The notes beneath the pieces were generated by a model. The model was given only the letters and a program-made list of their open reading frames with translations, searched no databases and was not told the origin of the DNA. Below, in pieces: positions 55,528-64,000 of a stretch of DNA of 64,000 bases (its first letter is position 1; the number at the start of each line of letters is the position of its first letter). The DNA lies in NCBI RefSeq assembly GCF_001194135.2, contig NC_068993.1, positions 53,089,547 through 53,153,546 on the forward strand. Reading direction: 5' to 3'. The translations under genes were made by a program, and so were the position numbers. This stretch comes from Octopus bimaculoides (taxonomy: Eukaryota).

Positions 55528-55959
55528 GTAATGGTGTGCTGGGTTCTATTTTTCCAAACAGAAAATTGCGACTACTAGGGTGTGGGTTTTTTTTTTTTTT
55601 TTTATGTGCAGTGTTTTTGTTTTTAATTTGTTCAATAATAGGGACCCCTTTCATTTTATATGGTAGGTATGGATTAAACTTTGAAATATCTGGGTTGAGG
55701 TTCCCCATTCCTGAGGAGCATGCATGTTATATTATGGGTTGTCTTGTTTGTAGTTGGATGATGACTTACATATACAGTATTGTTTTAAGTAAATATTCCT
55801 TAGATTTTTTCTATTCAAATTTTGTATATACGTCCCTTTGACTAATTTGTTTTTTTATTTATCTTTTGCATTTAGTTAGCTGTACTCATTTTAGTGAAAA
55901 ATTAATAGTAATACTTATTTTCCTTTTTTTTTTTTTTTTCTCTCTCTCTCAACCCATAG

Positions 55960-57524
55960 GACAATGACTTCTCTGTGATTAACGATTCATCAAATGCATC
56001 AGTTTCCAAAAAAACTAAATTGCCTTTACCTAAAATCGATTTTGTATCTGATCAAAAAATTAACAATAGGCAAGATAATACGAGCATGATACAGACTACC
56101 CCTTCTGTAACACTACCTGCCAAAGTCAGAGACCCACGCCTTGCCAGGGATCCGCGCTTAGCATCTAGAGATCCTAGGATTCAAACTATTAGTCGCAAGA
56201 GCAAAGAAGAGTCTAATAACACGGGAAAAACTGAAAAGGAGTCTACAAATACAAACGCTCCTGTTCTCTCATATAATTTACCATCTAATATGCATAATTT
56301 CGATGCTGTTGTGTCTCCTCATACATTGCCTGTCTCTAGAGAGACACAGAGGCTAGAAATTACTCCCAAAATAGCCTTTGATGATAAAAAGAAATTGCCA
56401 AAGGGTGAGATAGATGCTACAAATGAACAGATGTTTTTACCTAGCCTTCCTTGTGATTCAGAAGTAAGACATCCGACAAGTATTTCTTCAGTTCCTGATA
56501 GACTTATGGGTAAAACTAACTCTGGAAATTTCATGGATTTAAGTGCCACTGAAGATTCAAGGTTTTCTTCTGAAGGCTCATCAATGGATGTGACACCACA
56601 AACGTCAAACACTGTTACACCTCATTCAGCTCTCAGTGGTTCTAAATTAGGTGAGGAATCTGTTGATTTAATAAATAAGCCTATGCAGTTTTCTGGAGAT
56701 TATCTCAAAGCGGATACTTGCATTCCAAGTAAAACACTAAGTGAAGAAGACAAGCATAGTGATAAATACCAAACAGGTGATAAGATACGTTCTTCCTCGA
56801 GGGATCGACAAAAGGCCAGTGATGATGGGGACAAATGCCGTAGACGGGATGACCGAGAGAATTTGCGTGAACATGGTCGTCACAGTCGAGACTTTAGGGG
56901 TAGTCGGCGTGGTGAACGTCGGGAGGATGATACACGAAGATTTGGTGATAAGGATGAAGATCGGCGTAATCGACACCGGGAGGATGAATATCGTGACCGT
57001 AACACAGATAGGTTTGGGCGTGAGCGGCGTAGTAAAGATAGGTTTTCTAGTCGGTACAGAGATCGCTATGAGGATGATGACCATGAGAGATCTAGATGGC
57101 GAAGAGGTAGAGACCGGTCTCCTTTTAAACGATCACCTGAGTCAAGTGGTGCACGTAATTGGCATCAGGAAGAAAGGAAATATAAAGATCAAAGATCTGA
57201 CATGTGGAAAAACTCTGGAGATGGGCATTTGTCTCACAATGATAATAATGACCAGATGTCTTCAAAAGGAAATCAAATTCGTCGCAGTCCGAATCATAGC
57301 AAGTCTATCTCTAGCAATAGTAGGCATGATAGTTCTGGTCCCAAGGATAGTGTTAATGGAAAATCATCTGATGAGAAAAATCTTAAGAGAGATAGGGATT
57401 ATAGAGAGGTCTCCTTAGTAAATGCATCTGAGTGTGGCTTGTCACGACCAACTAGTCAAAAGCAAATTTGTCCAGATCCAGGAATTGATGTGCCAGAGCC
57501 TTCCAGTACAAAAGAAGATTTAAG
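55960..57524 (+). CDS. PCF11: PCF11 exon 5 (RDPRL repeats, R/D/E/S-rich charged region)
   Basis: 1565 nt, open; long polypyrimidine tract then CATAG; RDPRLARDPRLASRDPRI; AG|GTTAGT phase-2 donor joins exon 6 in frame. Confidence 0.9.
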
Positions 57525-57916
57525 GTTAGTTAATAATTTTTGTCTTAAGCAGACATGGTTATTAAAATTTGTTTTATCATCTGAGTCACAATGTGCATGT
57601 TGCACCTGTCTGAAATCTAAATTGCATAAAGTCTGGGGATTTATGTAAAATCTGATTTCATTTGACATTATCCCTTTTGATCTTAAAGTGAACTAAAAGC
57701 CTTTCATTGAAATTGTGTTTAATTTATCTCCCAAACACCAGCTTAATAATAGTAATTTTACTGAATCCATCATTTATTAAAATAAGTTTTATTCACTTGA
57801 TATTTTACATCAGTATATTTAAAAAGTAATGCCACTATAGTTGTTCTCTATGCAACCATGTTTATGATCATTCTAATAGAATTGTCTTGTAATAAGTATT
57901 TTATAATACTTTTCAG

Positions 57917-59907
57917 TGATTTATTTGGTAAAGAAGATCAAGATTACAGAGTACCACCTAGCAGAATGAGTGATCACCACATCCCGTACATGAGAAGTGG
58001 TAGTCACTCAGGTTGGGCAAAGTTCAAAGCAGATCATCCTGATAACTTTGCAGATGAAAATGATGCATGTGCAACTCCAAAGGATATTGATGAGCGATAC
58101 AAAGATGTTGATATGCGTTGGAATTCAGGTCAAAGGCCTGGCTGTTTGCAGAATACATTTAAATCTTCATATTCTGGAAGAGTATTAGATTCTGCTACGA
58201 GAAATGAACATACTAGCTTACTTATAGGTGCAGCAAGACTAGCTGAGTCAGGCAAATTATCTCATGAAGAGCATCAGTTAGTTTTAAAGCAAATTGGTAA
58301 TTTGCAGAATATTAATTATGATAAGTCTGGTAAACAGCTTGATCATTATGAAGATGGTCAAAGTTTTGATCAGAGGTCCCATGACATTAAAAACTACCAT
58401 GTACATGATCAGATAAAATCAAACAAGTGGGTAGCAGAAGTAACTCCTGAGGTTAATTCCCACAGTCCTCAAAGAGATACATCCCATTTATTTCTCTCTA
58501 ATCATCATCAAGATGCTGATATGAGAAATCAAGTTAACGAAATGCCTCCATGTAACGTCCCACTTTCTAACCAACCACATCCAGTCCACTCTAATAATGC
58601 ACCTTGGGGTCCAGGTGCATTAATGCAATCTGATTTGGTAGATCCACGATGGAAAGGAAATGCAGTTGTAATGGATAGTGAAATGTCCGAAGTTGTAATT
58701 GACCATAAACCTTATGAAGTTGTACTCAATGGAAAGCGTCGAAAAATTAGGTTGCATGGAAAAGTATTTGAAATGTTTGCTGATGGTAGAGAAAGAGCTA
58801 TATCAATAAACAACCACTTATATTACCGATTTGGTGAGGATATTAAGGATGTACAAATTGACGGTCGCTGGCACAGAATACATTATCAGGGCCAACCTAA
58901 ACATTTATGGATTGATGGACAAAGTTTTGAGGTACGAGTAGATGCACCACCAAGGCGCATTGTTCTTAACAAAGCTGAACACTTTCTACACGTTGATGGA
59001 AGAGATATGATGATTTTTATTGATAGAGTAAAACAGGGCATATATGGTGGACCGCCAAGGAGTATATTTATTAACAATATTTGCCATGAAATAAGGTTTG
59101 ATCCTCCACCAAGGCAAATTCTGATTGATTGTAAACAATGTGAATTGAAATTGAACTGCCGGATACCTTTTGTTGTTATTGATGGCAAACCACATGGTAT
59201 CAGGTTTGATGGTCCAGATCGGGAAATTATCATAGACGACACTCCATACATGGTTCCAGTTGATAAACCAATTAAAATTCGTCTTGGCAAACGTCCTCAT
59301 TTTCTTGCATTTGGTGGCCCTGCACATGAAGTTATTATTGATGGTAAATGGTTTGAAGTTCGATTTGAAGGTCCACCAGTAGAAATACATCTTGGTAACA
59401 GAACACACACTGTCATGCTGAAAGGGGCCTCTCCTACAGTAAAAATTCTCGGAGAGTTGCCTGTTACCCCTGAACCTAACAGACCACAATTTAATTTTGG
59501 TACTTCAAATATGTTTCCTCCGACACCTCTAGTTAATAACTTTAATCGACCAAGAGTACCAGATAACTTTCAGCCAAGACCTCCACATTGGGATGTTACT
59601 TTTGAAAGGAGACGAAATCAACCAGATACAATGGCAATGATTCGACCATCTCATTTCCCACCAGAAAGACCTTTGGAAAGTTTAAGGTTCCCAACAATAT
59701 CTCCCATCATGGGGTCAACTTCTGTACAACCACTTCCAGCTCCCAGTTTAATCAATAGTGGCCAGCCACCATTTTATCCCAACATGGCAGGAACTATCAG
59801 TGCAGTCGCTCTCCCACCACTACCAACCCTCCCTCCAGGTTTAGCTCCAGTTCCAACACCTGCATCTGTTGCTCCACATCAGTTTCCACAGATTACTTTT
59901 ACAACAG
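57917..59907 (+). CDS. PCF11: PCF11 exon 6 (DLFGKEDQDYR, 18-aa repeat domain, Pro-rich region)
   Basis: 1991 nt, open; TTTTCAG acceptor; DxDxR motifs; RFEGP-like repeats; G|GTTAGT phase-1 donor. Confidence 0.9.
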
Positions 59908-59999
59908 GTTAGTATTGTTTATGTTAATTATTTTTACATAATTATAAAAAGGTATTATTTAAATTTCATCTTGACTTTTTCTCCTTATATTTCTTTTAG

Positions 60000-60194
60000 C
60001 TGGCTTTGTCGGAAATATCTCTACTCCTGCCATATCATCTATTCCAGTTTCTCAAACTGCTCTTGCAACAGCCAATATTGTTTCTAACACTGTACCTGCT
60101 CCACCTCTCACAGTAAATGCTCCTACATTATTACCAGGCCTAGCATCTCTTCCTTCAGCACTCAACAAAATAGTGCCACCTCCTAATAATTTAT
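60000..60194 (+). CDS. PCF11: PCF11 exon 7 (AGFVGNISTPAISS...PPPNNL), symmetric phase 1/1
   Basis: 195 nt, open, TTCTTTTAG acceptor, GTAAGT donor; skippable without frameshift. Confidence 0.8.
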
Positions 60195-60886
60195 GTAAGT
60201 AATTATTTGAAATGTTCTTGTACTAATTATTCTTATTGTTCACTCCATGTGTGTGAGGGAATAAAGTGAAATGTTATTTTTAAAACTTAAATAATTACTT
60301 TATCAGAACAGACTTATAATTAGCTGTAAGAGCAATAGTTTAGGCTTATAAAGCTGCCTATTTGTATTCCATACAGAGCTATCAGGACTACAGATGTAAA
60401 AGAAATCAAGGGAAGGGAAGGGAGAAAGATAAAAGAAAGAATAAGTGACAAGTATTAATCTAAGTGCTTATGTTCTGTGAATATCCTAGTTAATGGAATA
60501 ACAACTTGCCCCTTCAGTATTCTTTTCTACTCTGGGCACATGGCCTGAAATTTGGGGGGAGGTGGGAGACAATCAATTAGATCGACCCCAGTATGCAACT
60601 GGTACTTAATTTATCAACCCTAAAAAGATGAAAAGCAAATTTGAACTCAGAACATGAAGACAGATGAAATACCGTTAAGTATTTCGCCCAGTGTGCTGAC
60701 GTTTCTGCCAGCTCACTGCCTTTTGCCTCTTCAATATTTTAACTGGAATTGTATTAATTAAGAAGGGTTTTTATTTTTTTCTCGATAGAAAAAGAACTTA
60801 ACCAAATTTCTAATTGACATCATTTTAATCTTCTTGAAAATCAACATCTAGTAAATTGGGTTTTTTTCATTTTTGCTTTTTTCCAG

Positions 60887-61014
60887 TAACAGTCAATCAA
60901 CCCCAACCAGTAACACAGCCTATTGATGTTGCAACTCTCTTCCAAAAACTTGTCAGTGCAGGTATAATTCCAAATAATACAGTCAAAAAAGAAAAGGAAG
61001 AGCCACCTGAAAAG
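60887..61014 (+). CDS. PCF11: PCF11 exon 8 (..QPIDVATLFQKLVSAGII..EK)
   Basis: Matches the PCF11 xDVxxLFxKLxxxGIx helix; TTTTCCAG acceptor; phase 1/0. Confidence 0.88.
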
Positions 61015-61111
61015 GTTTATATGCTAATTCATTTAGTTATGTTGTTTGTTTGTTCAATCTGCCTGTTATTGCATTCTATCTCTTTTATTTCTTTTTTTTT
61101 TTTTTTCCTAG

Positions 61112-61176
61112 GAAAAAGAACCAGAACCTGAAGTTATTCCAGATTTAACTGATTTTAAAACTGCTAAATTAAAAAT
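61112..61176 (+). CDS. PCF11: PCF11 exon 9 (EKEPEPEVIPDLTDFKTAKLK)
   Basis: 65 nt, long T tract then CTAG, GTAAGT donor; phase 0/2. Confidence 0.88.
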
Positions 61177-61558
61177 GTAAGTATGATTTTTTTTTTTTTT
61201 TCATGTAACATAACATAAAAATTGCAATGGTTGTAAAAATCAAGTGCTTTGTCTCTACTTTTGAAATATGTTTTCCTTCCCTCTTGCTCTCCATTTTTTT
61301 TTCATTGCTGTTGCTATTATTTTGCTAGTGAATTTCTTCAAATCAAAATACTACTAAAGAGTACTTTTTCCTCATCACTCCCCTCTCCTTATGCACACAC
61401 GCCACCACAACTAAGATGCATTCAAAGAAATATACTAATACTTGGCTTAATTTTTGTTACATAGGTTTATTAGGTTTATTCACTTCTTAAAATTTTTTTT
61501 TGCATTCTGTATTAATCTACCAACATGAACATTTTAGATTTATCTTTTTAATTTCAAG

Positions 61559-61683
61559 CTGGCTTCGTTGGAAATATCTCTACTCTTGCCATATTGTCTA
61601 TTCCAGTTACTCAAACTGCTCTTGCAACAGCCAATATTGTTTCTAACACTCTACCTGTTCCACCTCTCGCAGTAAATGCTCCT
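61559..61683 (+). pseudogene. Intronic partial duplicate of PCF11 exon 7
   Basis: 125 nt about 93% identical to 60000-60124 (about 9 substitutions), preceded by AG. Confidence 0.85.
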
Positions 61684-62530
61684 CTGTTAATAGTTTGGCA
61701 AATAAGTTATTTTTCCTCTTACAAATTACTGAGAAGATGGAAGCACCCACTATTCCCTTAACTTTCAATAAAATTATTCTTTGAATGTAATCTGTTGACA
61801 GGGATAAATCCAAATTGCAGGTGGCACCTAATACTTATTGTAAAAATAGATGGATCATAGATATGCACACAAATGAAATACAGGCAAAATATTAGATCAG
61901 AATTGGAAGTACCTTTCTGAAACATTGCTGCTTTTGGTACAAGAATTCTCATAAATCTTCTAGTGTATTTTTATGGGTAGATGGGATTTAGGATTCCATT
62001 AAGAAAGGAATGTTTAATTTCTAGAAAGTTTACATGAAACATAACAGACCACTCAACCTGCGAGAAACAGCAACCTAGTTCTCTTAAATCACTTTCTGCC
62101 ATCTTTAGAAAAATATATTAGCTAGTGTTGTCCCTGGATATGTGCAAAGATGGGCTAGTCATAGAAACTCGGTCTGCTCAACCAGAGCTGCTCCATGGTT
62201 AAACAACAGCAACATTAAGCACATATTTTGAGGTTTTTGACGCTTATTAAGTTGTATTAAAATTCACTTTCAATAAGAGAAAATTACGCTTTGACTAAGT
62301 TCAGTTATCAGTTCTTGCATGAAGGTATAGTGTAAGGATTAGAATTAGTGCCAATAATATAAGAACTTTTATTAACTAGACTTCTACAATATTAATTAAA
62401 TCCTTTTGAATATATTTTTACATTTACAAACAGCAACTTACACCAGTATATAATTCATTGATATTGGTATGTAAAAGTTTGAATATAGATTTTTCATTTT
62501 AAATATATTTATTTTTTCTGCTTATTGTAG

Positions 62531-62714
62531 AAAATATGTACAGTTTATTAATGAGATATATGATGGTATCCAATGTTCTTCATGCGGTATACGGTTCACC
62601 GTTGATGACACGGAAAAATATCGAGAACATCTTGACTGGCACTTTCGTCAAAACAAAAAAGAAAAAGATGATTATAAAGTTGCTAAATACAGGAAATGGT
62701 ATTATGAAATTAAT
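62531..62714 (+). CDS. PCF11: PCF11 exon 10, C2H2 zinc finger (QCSSCGIRF...HLDWHFRQN...RKWYY)
   Basis: Canonical PCF11 CxxCGxRF...HLDWHxRQN and RxWYY; 184 nt, phase 2/0. Confidence 0.95.
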
Positions 62715-63345
62715 GTAAGTATTTCTGCAGTTGCTGTAGTGCCAATCCAATAACTAGTTAATATTTGTATGTTTATTCCATAGAACTTATCTGTGGGGCT
62801 TCAGGAGTAGTATGAAGAGTGAATGACAATTTCACTAGTGCCAGTGTCACAAGGTTTGTTGGATTCTGTCAAACTGTCCAACCCATGCCAGCATCGAAAG
62901 TAGATGATGATGATAATGGTGAAGTGCTGTCACTTCTAAGCATATGATTTGACTGAACTACAGGAGTTGTCTATTCTGTAGGGAAAATTCTTTCCTTTCT
63001 GTTAGTTTTACATTGTTTATGATAAATGACTTGTATGGTAATAGAATTCTGTGTTTTCATGATTTGTTTTTTAGAGAAAGTACTATCTTTATCTCTTGAC
63101 TGCTACCAGTTTATCAGATTTATTTTGAAAAGGTATTTCCATTGCATGATGTGTCTGCTTGGTGCTGATTGCTTTACATAATAGGATGAAATTAAAAGAT
63201 TAAATGATTTAAATTCAGTAGGCATAAGAAGAACCATTTCATGTATGGATGGAAAACATGATTATTCCTAAGTGGTAAACTATTTTTTTAAAACATTTTT
63301 CCATAAATCAAGTTTAACAAGTGATTTTTATTCCTTTCTCTTCAG

Positions 63346-63388
63346 GAATGGATCCAATATGAAGAAATTCAAGATGATGAAGAGAAAA
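63346..63388 (+). CDS. PCF11: PCF11 exon 11, Clp1-binding segment (EWIQYEEIQDDEEK)
   Basis: Continues WYY..xWIxFEE; TTCAG acceptor, GTAAGA donor; 43 nt, phase 0/1. Confidence 0.9.
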
Positions 63389-63502
63389 GTAAGATATTTA
63401 TGCTTTTGTTTTTATTAGTCTTTGTGATGAAACTGCTGATAATAAACTGCATGCTCATTAAATATCTTTCTCTTATTATTTCTCAACTCTTCAACATTTT
63501 AG

Positions 63503-63618
63503 ATCGCAGCAACTTTTTTGAAAATATGCTGAATTCTGTCCAAGAACCATCATTTGTTGGAGCTCAAGGAAATAAGGTTTTGCAATGTCCTGCTGCCACT
63601 GGAAATGACACAGATGAT
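63503..63618 (+). CDS. PCF11: PCF11 exon 12 (NRSNFFE...QCPAATGNDTDD); gene continues beyond the window
   Basis: SxFFE motif; 116 nt, phase 1/0; GTTAGT donor; the final zinc knuckle and stop are not in the window. Confidence 0.88.
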
Positions 63619-64000
63619 GTTAGTGATTTATACTTTTTCAAATTCCATTAATCCTATTGCTACCAACCTGTTTAAGACATCCCTTTCTCCTAGAGTACAA
63701 ACTTGTTTCAAGAAGTCTAATTTTAAATATTCTATCACAGTTCTTTGTTAATTTATGTTCTAAATACATCATCATCATCATCATCATCGTTTAACGTCCG
63801 CTTTCCATGCTAGCATGGGTTGGACGATTTGACTGAGGACTGGTGAAACCGGATGGCAACACCAGGCTCCAGTCTGATTTGGCAGAGTTTCTACAGCTGG
63901 ATGCCCTTCCTAACGCCAACCACTCAGAGAGTGGAGTGGGTGCTTTTACGTGTCACCCGCACGAAAACGACCACTCTCGAAATGGTGTCTTTTATGTGCC

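Noticed and set aside
56319-59489. Antisense and alternative-frame ORFs over PCF11 exons 5-6
   Set aside because: Shadows of the long coding exons
60887-60893. Second in-frame acceptor 6 nt downstream in exon 8
   Set aside because: Common and of minor effect; cannot be supported without reads

Overview
AT-rich eukaryotic genomic DNA. The SINE, LINE and microsatellite landscape is characteristic of an octopus, and there are three N gaps that sit at microsatellites. Two spliced genes are arranged head-to-head. Rab30 is on the minus strand: four coding exons, 37066 to 27587, 201 aa, complete. PCF11 is on the plus strand: 12 coding exons from 43260, 1638 codons so far, continuing past the window end. 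They share a CpG-enriched interval of about 1.2 kb. I found no supportable protein-coding exon in the first ~27 kb. That part holds RTE-type LINE remnants, a deleted Tc1 element, mariner and piggyBac-like MITEs, three SINE families, a 31-bp minisatellite, a ~230-bp foldback and a decayed Penelope-type hammerhead ribozyme. The strongest leads concern PCF11 dosage control (an intron-1 AATAAA cluster, a duplicated exon fragment ending in stop plus AATAAA, and uORFs), a 14-unit 18-aa beta-hairpin-like repeat in PCF11, and Rab30-PCF11 microsynteny apparently shared with human. All coordinates were read by hand, and repeat boundaries are approximate.
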